Assembly: GCA_976551045.1 (NCBI GenBank)
Contig: CDPCPM010000011.1
Span: 6,448,001 to 6,512,000 of the forward strand
Length of the DNA stretch: 64,000 nucleotides
Direction of reading: 5' to 3'
Source of the DNA: Glaucostegus cemiculus
Lineage: Eukaryota
Notes under the pieces: model-generated
What the model was told of the DNA's origin: nothing
Database searches by the model: none
What the model saw: only the letters and a program-made list of their open reading frames with translations
In this document: positions 1 to 10,908 of the stretch, piece after piece
Layout of the letters: each line of letters opens with the position of its first letter
Numbering within the stretch: position 1 is the stretch's first letter
Made by a program: the position numbers and the translations under genes

Positions 1-1554
1 AGAGGTCACCTGCATTATATATACATATACACACACATACAGTCTCTTTAATACTCCCTTTCCAATCCACAGCAGGGGCATCCCACTTGGTTAATGGAAT
101 CTCCATAACCTGTGATGAAACCTTGAAAGCTCTAATTAATGCCTTAGAGGAGGCTACTATTACAAATTGCAATTCATTCTAAAGCTACTTATCTATCTGA
201 CTGGCACAAGGGATACTTGCCAGATGGAGTTGACACCATTGCATTGACAGCAATCACCACATATTAAAATGCAGCTGTTGCATGGGCTCATTTTATTTCT
301 TTTATTATTGCTTTTCATTTACATAACATAGAAGACATTAGAGCAAACTTTTTGAAATAGCTGAACTTCCACTGAAGTGAGAAAGAATATGGAGGTGGAA
401 TAAATGGAATTACTGTCAGAGATTCACTGAGCTTTGGTTTGCCAGGTAAGTAAACATAAAATTGAAATTCAAAACCAATACATTTTTAAACTGTTTTCCC
501 AAGAACATACAAACTAAAATGGTTAGTTTAGCAGCAGCACTAGGAAGCCATCATACAAAGTGCATAACTTTATATTACAACTTTCAAAAATATTTCTTCA
601 TCAATAATGTGTCCTGAGGTTGTTGAAGGAGCTACATAAATGCAAGTCATTATTTTCTTTGTACCAGGATGAACAAAGGTTATAACAGCTGGATAAACTG
701 AGACAAACCTATTGGACTGTAGTAGTGAGGAATCATTGCAGGATCGAAACATCACTACACCAGCATTACTGAGGCATAACAAGATAGACAAAAATGTTAC
801 AGTGACATTGCTATCGCATAACACATCTCATGTGCTGTAACCTCAATTGGCATAGCGCTATTTTGGAAGAGATGACTGACATATATGACAAGGATTTTTG
901 ATTCATTGAGAGGTGCAGATTGAGAATGGAAGTGTAGGGCTTACAAATGCATAAACAGAAAACATACTGGCAAGGTTCATTCATGGAACCCAAGAGGACA
1001 AATTCACAGTATTATATTCTTAATAGGAGTATGTGTTTTAATTATATCAGGAAGCAAGCTAACATACAATGTATATTGTATTATGAAAAGCAAAAGCCTG
1101 GCGAAGCAAAGTTATGTGAACAGAAGTACAAAATTAAAGCAATCAGGGCACCTTTGCTTTATCTGAGAAACCCTGATGTTATGCGTAGATCAGTTCAGAT
1201 GGGTTTAATGCAACACAGAAATATGGTTCAATCCAGTTTACTTTTTAATAGCAACAATTCATCCAATAATTTTTTTAAAAAATTGATCTGAGAAGTAGTC
1301 TACATTTCAATGTTTTTATCTGGCAGGTATCAGTGTGTCCATGGGCTGTGATTCAGTTATACAAGACAATCAAAAAGCAATCTTTCAAACAGTCAAAGAT
1401 TGCAAGTGGCAAAATGGAGGTATAACTGTTTCAGACACAACTTAAAAAAATAAGAAAACAAAGTGTAAACTTCATGATGCTCCAGTCACTAAACATCTGT
1501 TGGTTAAATTCAATGTGAATAGCTGCAAGGATTTACAAAAGAGGAACTGGTTAA

Positions 1555-1660
1555 AAGAAAAACAAAATACTTCAAATGCTTGAAATCTGTTCCAATGAAC
1601 ATTCACTGACCTGAAACACGAGCTCTTTTGCTTTCTCCACAGATGCTGGTCTGTTGAGTA
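1555..1660 (+). mobile_element. Penelope-derived short terminal element with decayed hammerhead motif
   Basis: GTTCCAATGAACATTCACTGACCTGAAACACGAGCTC followed by TTTCTCCACAGATGCTG...GTTGAGT; same block as the Penelope 3' ends at 23546 and 46791. Confidence 0.6.
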
Positions 1661-1797
1661 TGGACAGGTTTATGGATAGGAAAAAGTTAGGGCCAAATGC
1701 AAGGAAATGGGACTAACCTGGGAAGACACCTTGGTCGACCTGGACAAATTGGGCCAAAGGACCTCTTTCCACGATGCAGAACTCTATGGCTCTATGT
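1660..1797 (+). mobile_element. CR1/HER1-type LINE 3' end
   Basis: TGGACAGGTTTATGGATAGG...TTGGGCCAAAGGACCTCTTTCC...ACTCTATGGCTCTATG tail; similar to 40020-40175 and 50700-50840. Confidence 0.8.
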
Positions 1798-2179
1798 CTA
1801 ACATATTCTATCATATTTCAATTACTATACAACTGTGGCTCAACTCAAAGTGAAGCTCACTCAGAAATATACATCTCAGATAATGAACTTTGTGGCTGAG
1901 ATAGTCACAGCAAAAATTCACAGTGGAATTAGTGGACATCAGGGCCTTTGTAGTTCACACCCAGATCCCATTTAACAAATAGTGAGTTACTGAACACAGG
2001 GAATGTAAACATTTTCCTCTTCCCTCAATCCCATATCACTTTATCCTTGTACTTTTTTTTGTTTTAGAACTGCTGTTAAGTGGATCACAGTGAGAAAAGC
2101 CGTTCACAATCCAGAAGTCAAAGACTACGATAAGCTCTACACTGAGGAATGGTAACAGCTTTACGGAGAGCAAGCTAAC

Positions 2180-2810
2180 ACTGCTCTCTGGAAGGCAGTA
2201 ATTCTCCTCCCAACATGACATCCTGCCAGTTTCTTGTGGACCAGTTCACTTACACCAAAGAGGAACAACTTGCAAATGGGTCCCCGCAGCCCAGAACTGC
2301 TCAAGGTTGTACTCCAATGTCAGCAGCAGTCTCCTCCATTGCTACTGGCACAAAGTCAGCTCTGCAATGGAAGTTTCAGGGCAGGCTAAGGCAGTCAAGG
2401 AAAAAGCACAGGCCATTAGATAATTGGGGTATGGAACCAGGCAGACTGTTGTCTCCATTGCTGGTTTCTGATGAGAGAAGGAAGGTGGTACTTGGCTTGC
2501 TTTGTATAGAGAGATAAGGGATTGCTCTTACACACTTGTGTTTGGTTAAACCATGAAACGTTGCTCTGGCTGTGTCCTGGAAGGAACTATGAAACTTCAC
2601 ACTGCACTTCCTGGGATAGTTGCAAACGGATTATTATAAATACTTGCAGAGTTTCAGCAACAGCTAAAAGAAATCAGCTTCTATCAAGATATAATGGTCC
2701 CTTTAAATAGTACTGACATGATGTCTATCATGCTACTCAATGTGTGTTTATGCAAGAATAAGAGGGGGTTAGGTTGAACATCACGCTTCAAAATGGCATT
2801 GAAGTCATCA
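2180..2810. mobile_element. Internally deleted Harbinger-related fossil
   Basis: GGTCCCCGCAGCCCAGAACTGCTCAAGG (~2279) resembles GGTCCTTTAAGCCCAGAACTACTCGAGA (~15356); TCCCTTTAAATAGTA at 2698-2712 is identical to 16818-16832, in the same order as in the 14.7-17.1 kb element. Confidence 0.55.
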
Positions 2811-4851
2811 AACCAGTGTTCCATACTAGTTGAAATCATAATCTTCCTATTCTGTCCACATCTAGTTCAGAGAGTGAACATCAATATCCTCACCAATGTG
2901 AGATACAGCGAGACTTGAGTCATAGATGTCTGCACATACATGTATGTGCACAGTATATGCCTTTTTGGTAATAAGACTATTTGTGGAACACAAACAACAT
3001 GCACTACCCATCCGAATTCTGCACCATGCATGTGTCGAAGGGATGAGCTTTGATGGCCCTTTACTCACCACCTCCCCAAACATTTTAATACTCTCAACAC
3101 AAGCTGACAGAATAGCAGTGTTGAAGTCAGTCAACAAACAGATTGTGATATGAAATATGCATCTAAACTTCAGTTATTGGCAGTATTTATGCAGACCATA
3201 ATTGCTTTAACAAAAATTCAATACCTTTGAGTAATGAAAATCAGGATTATTCACATTTTGAAGAGGCTCAAAAATTAAGCCCGCTAACCATCAAAATTTG
3301 AAAATCTCAAACAACTGGAATAAAGAAGTAATATCAACACAACTTTCCCAACCACCAGTCTATTGGAAAGATAGATACAATTTAAACCACATTATCAGTG
3401 AAACATGATGATGCCTATTCTCTCTGAACATTATGCAACTCAACGAAATATATTGTAAGAAACTTTCAAAATTCACAAATTACAGCATCTGATATTGTTA
3501 CATTATTCATAATAGTTACTCCCTGCTTCTTGAGCAGCAGCTTTATGTTCAAAATTATTTTTGCTAAAGTCTTGTCAAAGTATCTAAAATTTGTCAAAAG
3601 TCGAGCTGTCTGACATCAAGAAAGACCAGAACATCTTTTTTAATGTTGTATTATTCATGTGTATGGAGAACTTTTTTTGGGGAGAGAAGTGAAATGTTCA
3701 TCTGCCTTTGTTGCTGTGGTTGCAATAGCTGTTTCCTTGCCAACTAAGCTTGTAGTGAGTGCGAAAAAAATGCAGTGCACATCAGGACATTTTGACCTTC
3801 GATTCATCTGCACCATCATTTGTCAACTGAAGTGAATCAAAACTTGAAGCGCTTTAAATTAAAGTCTTTCCAAATATATCCAAAATGGTGCAAGATGGAT
3901 CTATGCTTACCTATATCCCTTACCTTATTGATTTCTGAAATACTGAGGAAAAAGGAGCACAAACAAGCACCTCAGCTCAGTAAACAATCTCAGAAGTGTT
4001 GCTAATTGTGCAGTGTTTATGAGTTCAAAAAGACCACAAGTGCACTGGGAACAGCAATTAGCAAGAAATTATTACAGCATGCTATTGCTTCACCTTTAGA
4101 ACTCATCTCTAGATCTACCTGCAAGTCTTTTCACATATTATCTGCCCAAGAGATAAATACCAGCAAGTCCAAGGAAATTCCTTTTTAATGGGGTAAATCT
4201 TCTGCTGCCCTTGGACTATATTTCTTCCAGCATGATTCTGGTCTCCATCCTCTGCTGGGATGCTGGTTTCCAGCGCTTTTCAACACATGACATGTTCTGG
4301 CATCGGTGGCTAACTGTGCTGACAGAATGGTCTTAGCAGCTGATAAGGCCTTACCCCTGGGCTCACCAGCTTTCAATCCTGCCACCTAAACTGAACATTT
4401 GTAGATGTCTTTGAAATGTACTAAACTTCAAAATCACACAAGACTTGTCAAAAAATTAGAAGTGTTAGAAGGTCTGAGGTTTTTTTAAAGAAACAATCAT
4501 TGAAAAGGTTAAGAACACACTAGCACATGCATAAAACAATGAAAATCTAATAATTAAAATCACCAAACCCTGCCTTCTTTCCAGCAGCTGACTTCTCTCA
4601 TTCATTTGAAATAAACCCATATACTTGCACCAGGATAACTTGGTGCAGGTTCAACAGCCAGATTTCCTAGGTGCAGAACTGGGAAATCTATGGATGTTTC
4701 TGCTGCTCTAATGGACTCCACAAGGAGTCCAACAGGGCAGTGCAGAAGTTCCATAGCCAACATTTAGCCAAGCAGGAGGCTGTGCTATAGATTCTTCTTG
4801 CAACTTGCCTATCTTTTGGGCATATCTGCTGGAAAATCAGTGTTGATTGAA

Positions 4852-5637
4852 TCATAGAAACAGTACAGCACAATACAAGCCCTTTGGCCCACAATGTTGT
4901 GCTGACCTTTAAACCTCACCTAAGACTATCTCACCTCTACTCCCCCAACTCACTCTATTACAAATTCCTCCATATGCTTATCTAGCAATGTCTTGAATTT
5001 GACCAACGTACATGCATCCACCACAACCCCAGGCAGTGCATTCCATGACCCAACCACTCTCTGGGTAAAAAACCTTCCCCTGATATCTCCCTTGAACATC
5101 CCACCCATTACTTTAATATGCCCTCTTGTATTGGGCATTGGTGCCCTGGGAAAGAGGTGCTGGCTATCTACACTATCCATTCTTCTTAATATTTTGTACA
5201 CCTCTATCATGTCTCCTCTCATCCTCCTTCTCTCAAGAGTAAAGCCCTAGCTCCCTTCATCTCTTCTCATAATGCATACTCTCTCAACCAGGCAGCATCC
5301 TGGTAAACCTCCTCTGCACCCTTTCCAACACTTCCACATCCTTTCTATAATGAGGTGACCAGAACTGGACACAGTACTCTAAGTGTGGTCTAACCAGAGT
5401 TTTGTAGAGCTGCATCATTACTTTGTGGCTCTTATTCCACGACTTATAAATGGTAACATCTCATAAGCTTTCTTTACTACTCTCTCCACCTGTGAGGCAT
5501 CTTTCAGTGATCTGTGGACATGAACCCCCAGATCCCTCTGCTCCTCCACACTACCCAGAATCCTGCCTTTAACTTTGTCCTTCCAAAGTGTACCACCTCA
5601 CACTTCTCCGGATTGAACTCCATCTGCCACTCCTCAA
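4852..5637 (-). mobile_element. CR1/HER1-type LINE, 3' part of ORF2 plus 3' UTR (5'-truncated)
   Basis: ORF 4950-5222(-) LRGDMIEVYKILR...TRGH...RFFTQRVVGSWNALP is the CR1 ORF2 C-terminus; tail at ~4852-4900. Confidence 0.92.
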
Positions 5638-6699
5638 CTGCAGTGGAAGAAATCTCACCACCTCCTCCCCTCCCTGCCCATGGTGCAGAACTTCTGAGAG
5701 TAGTGCACCTATAGCACTGAATTTGATTTACACTACGTTAGCACCAAGAAATTATGACATACTTATAAAATGCTACAACTTATTTGCATTATTATTTACG
5801 GAGACCTTTGCATCTCTCTATTAATACCCTTGCTGAAACCATGTAAAATGCATTAGTAAGATTTGAGCATAAATTCTGAACATAATTAGACCAGGATTAC
5901 TAGCCCAGCAACATATCCACTACATAAGCTTTCAAGGCTGGAGACAGAGAGACAGCAATAAGAAACCATCTTATAACCAACACTCTTCTTGCACAAGTAG
6001 CAGAGCCTCACAATTTCTGCTCTTATCATTTAAAGATCTTTTATCCATCTTACAGCAATACATTTCAAGTGGTTAATATTTCAGAAGTTCATTGCACTTT
6101 TGATAATATCAATTTAATGTGTGCACATTCATAATGCAGTCAACATTTATCTAATTACCTACCAGCTACAAAAAAAAAATTGTGCTTGTCTTTTGTTGCC
6201 CTCCTTGATGTGGTCTAATGTCTTACCTTGCTTTTGAAGCATTTCTTTCTGTAATGTAGCCAGAAGTAAAACTTCAATTTCTTTCCACTTTTAAAGCAAA
6301 TTTTGCTTAATCATGTCATTAAACTTAACGCATTATATTGCAGACTGTATTATAGCAAAGGGCTTACACTATAATGACAATATCAGCTTAGATACAACAA
6401 ATGTAAGGAGGCTGGACTGTTTCAGTTTTCTATTTGAATGCAATTTTTACTTCTCAAGCAATAATCAGACGAGAAATCCTAAAAAGCTCTCTTGTTGACA
6501 TCAAATTTTAGATTATATTAAATGGTACAGTGAGCGACATTCATTGCCTTAGCTATTATAGGGAATTGCCCATCTCTCTACACAACCATCCCCGCATTCT
6601 GCTATAGTTATTGGATTTTCTTTCTGTGAAAACAGCCTTCCACTGCAGACACAAATGGCAAAGAGCAAGAGGTTAAAAGTTGCTGTCAATCAGCACGAG

Positions 6700-6953
6700 T
6701 GTGGCTGCAGTGCAGGGAGCTCCCTGAGCAGTGCACCTGCAGTGCAACTCCCTGGGCAGCACAGATCTCGGAGATGTAGTGAAGACCTGACATTGTAGCA
6801 CAGCATGATTGGTTGAGTTGACATGGATTGACCCTTCATTTATAGGTTAGCATCAGAAAGGAGTTTAAGTATTAAATTAGCTTGCTATTGTACCTGCTTA
6901 TAATAAAAATCAGGATTCTTCACTGAATCCACTTTGGCTTTGTGTCCTTTACA
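6700..6953 (+). mobile_element. Possible short solo LTR
   Basis: TG start (TGTGGC), internal direct repeat, AATAAA at ~6902, ends TTTACA; target duplication poor (ACGAG/GCAAG). Confidence 0.3.
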
Positions 6954-9900
6954 GCAAGGTGAAATTTAGATGCAATTGTTTATTTACCAGAGTGAATACT
7001 TTCTTTGGAGACTCCGCACATCCTTTACACTTAAGTAGAATCGCAAAAGAAGGCTAAATCAGAGTAATTTCCAAGCAAGTCATCTATTCATCAGCTTTTG
7101 AAGTTTACTCAGTGTATTTCATTTTAAATTACTTATCAACTAGCATTTAACACATTTGAAGCCAACTCATACACTCAATTAACCCAAAACTGAGAATCAG
7201 CAATGCACAGAGATGCTTCCTACATACTAATCTTTAAAAAAGGATTTGCAAATTATTTCCAACCCAGTCTATGACATCAAACAAATTAGCTGCACAAAAG
7301 GTGGACAAAATGAGATCGGTTTTTGATGGAATCATGCACTCAAAATGTGTGAAGTACCTGATTCACTAAAATTGTGCACACCTTCCATATCTATAACAGT
7401 CCAAGCTAAACACCTAATAAGATTGGAAGTTCTGTTTGAACAACAAAGCAAGAAATTAAAACAATGTTTTATAATTCACATGTTAATCATTTTTATAGAA
7501 ACCAACATAGAATATAGGCATATGATCATGATTGGTGATAAACTATCATAAGGAACCAAAACAGTTAAATTAATATCATGTAATTTTAATAAGTTCTTCT
7601 ACAAGTCTGAAACCCAACATTTGTTGAATTGGCTTTTCAGGGCCAGAGAGGTTGTTCAACAATAATCAAAATGTAAACCCACTTCCCCATCATTAGATGT
7701 TAACAACTTCAACAGTGAGCTATAGTGAGCACAGAGCATGAAGTAGCTCTCATCAAATCACTTCTCCCAGGCGATTGCATATGCAAGTTCTGCAAATGTA
7801 CACTTTGTGAAGGATCAGAGAATCAGTGGATTGCTGAATCTTCACATTTAACTGCATGTGTGCACATCAGAAGTTGCTGCCAATTTACAGTGTCAATGGA
7901 GAAAACTGACAATTATCATTACAATCACAAATCCCAAACCAATATCGCATTGTTTAGTTCTAGCTGATATCCATTTTACTGCATTACAGAAACAACAGTT
8001 TTGTAAAATAAATGATTGTCAAATGTTTTCTCCCCCATTTGGTAAACAAACATAAAACTGATATAAATCACGGCGATGGCTATTACTGTATCACCATTAC
8101 ATGACATTATTATCAAAGTGACTCATGACTTTTCTCCCTTCAAACAAGATTACAGTATTTTATCATGAAGTTGATGTCACTTCCATAAAACTACAGCAAC
8201 AAGGAAGATTACAGAGCAGTTTTCTGTTCTGAAAACACAAGACTGAATCACATAACTGCAATCTATTGATTAAACAAGAGTGTTTGCATGCTGTAAGCCA
8301 CCATATGACAGTTATGGTCCAGGCAGCAGATATATTGTAGGTTTAAAAGTTATTTCATCAACTGCAGATCTAAAACCGATTAAACCTACTGTGTATGCAT
8401 TGCTACAAGCATCATTTTTAGTGTATTCTGCAGACAGAGGTTGGCTTCCAAATGGATTCTAATATTTCACCCTGATATTCCATGGAGAGAACCTTTCCCT
8501 ACCTCATCAATTTGCTCCTAAAGCCTGAAAGATAAATTTCTAGCTTAGGTACACCACAGCCAGTTAGCAAATGGATGTCTCCTGTTTTTAAACTGCTGAG
8601 AGGTGCAGATCTCCCTTGGCATGCATCTGATGAGTCGTGCAGTGAAGTTAACAGATTGAGACAGCATAAAAAAAATGGGGCAGGTGTTACGGAATGGCCA
8701 ACAATCAGAGAATGCAGTAGAAAGGGAGACCCATGTACTGGTAATTCACAAACTCGAGGCTTTTGTTTTGGGTGGGGATGGGGTTGATTTTTCTTTAAGG
8801 GACTTCTGCAATCTCTTTTTTATCTACTCATTACTTATACAGAGCATCACAGGAGGCCACCTTCACATTACTTGTGTACTAAAATGGTCCTTAGCACTCT
8901 TGAGGCCCTAATATCACATGAAGGGTAACCTTGACCAGAAACAGGCAGCTCCTTCAGACAAACTAATTTTGGCTGATGTAGGGCAGAGGCCTTGTCCCCA
9001 GAATGCCTCTGACAGGCTTTGACAGGCAGCAAACCTGGAACTAGAAGGCTTTTTCAACAGCTTTTAAATGCCTGCAAAATTAAGAGATATTTCAAAACAA
9101 ATAAAGTTAATACACAGCGTAAAACTTGAAAAAACTAAAAACATGTTAACATCCTTATAAATCATAAAATAAAATCAAAGCCAAGTAAAATTATTTTTAA
9201 AAGCTCAGCTTTTCTCTTCCACAATTCAAGAATCCCTGGTGAAATGAATGGAATCTCTGATTCCTGGCCAAATCAGAGTTGCAGGTTGGGAAAGGCAACT
9301 CCCCACTTTAACACTAGCAAATCCCAGCAAGGTCAGCCTCTGCTGCTGGGCTCTGTGAGGAGTCCAGTAAGCGAGTTTAATGATGGATACAGCCGCAGGT
9401 TTGCACACATCTGGGAGTTTCATCCATCTGAACAGCTGAATGCCAGCAGGTCCCTTCAGCTGCAGTTAGGAAGATCAACTCCCATTGAAAGTATTGCAAA
9501 CACTTATAAAAGGTGGAAGATCCAGTTACAAAACAATTGAACAGATTGTATTTTTTCATTATAAGCTGTCATATCACACCAGCGTAATGAACTTATTGTT
9601 TGTGAGGCATATCCTTTTGTGTCAAGACTTATTATCTCTAATTATCGTAATTAAGTCTTTTGTTTTACTTTCCTGAAGAAGTCATCTTTTACCAAACTAT
9701 TTAAAAATTTATAGAAACAGACATTTGAAGTTGAACTTCGGTTTCACAGATTTTAGAGTCTGTACCAAGAATATTAGGGATAATTTTAATTCAGCCTTGG
9801 GGGATCTGATTGTACAGAGGCATCTTTTACCGATCTTATTTTCCATCAAGGTCAACCTAGGGAAAATTGAGCAAGGAGTAAAAGTGACATTCTACCATAT

Positions 9901-10889
9901 CCACTAGTTTCCTCAAGGGATTAGGTTAAAATTAACCACATCCCAACCACAGTGTGGTTTATCTACTTGCTTGTTTAAAGCAGGGTGTAAATCACAGTAT
10001 TACCTAATGTATTGGCTAAGCTAACATTTTATGATATTTAATGCTGTTGACCTGGCTGTGTCCTTGATTTTAATGTATATGGAGGGCAATATTCATCTCT
10101 TAATTATGTCATATTACAGATACTGAAAAAGAAACACATTGACTTGTAATGTCTGAACAAACATTGTAAGATAAACTCAAGTGAATCTTTTAAATAAAAA
10201 CTTCAAAAATACTTGGACAAATGCATTTGATTTTGCCCAATTACAGCCCTTGGCATAAATCTTAGAATTTTGAATTGGTAATGGATCTAACTTTAGAATC
10301 AGAGAGATCAATATTAATCCATATTTTCAATTTAATTTTTGTTCCATATATTGAATACTGAGTTTTTTTGATCATCCATAACCTGACAAAATTAGCACCA
10401 ACGGAGGTCAGTGCAATTGAAAGCGAGTGGCCAAGACAACAGTGTTGAAAATCAAAAAACTCAAGCTTTGAACATGCATTTGGGTGAAATTACAATTACA
10501 TTTTGTTCATTCTGACACCATTTTTAATACCAGTGGAAATACTATTAAATTTACTATCTGTCAAACTGCCTCAGTCACCATTCCATGAGGGCAAAGATAG
10601 AGGTGACATTGACTTGCAGTGAATATTTCTCAACTAAAAATTTAGGGCATCCTCTATTTGAGTGTCACCCTAATTTCTGAGACTAATGCAATGCAGGTAT
10701 GATCTTGTGTGATAATCCAATTTAGTTTGATGCATTTTTCTCAGAGTTGCTAAATTTTCTCATGTTAAACTACGATTAAACTGGGGTTAAACTCTTCTTT
10801 TGTTGCTTTACAATTTTCCTGCCAATGTGTTCCATATTCCCATATTAAAGACAACCACTACCTATCATTTGACAGGCTTCTTAATTCCA

Positions 10890-10908
10890 CCCCCCCCCCC
10901 CCCCCCCC
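10890..10908. repeat. Poly-C run (19 nt)
   Basis: Direct observation. Confidence 0.95.

Noticed and set aside
361-451. Perfect donor CAG|GTAAGT at 445/446 with upstream AG acceptors
   Set aside because: All three frames contain stops and the sequence overlaps a palindromic repeat remnant; at most a non-coding exon, with no support.
947-1291. 114-aa ORF
   Set aside because: No recognisable domain, AT-rich composition, no splice context; expected by chance.
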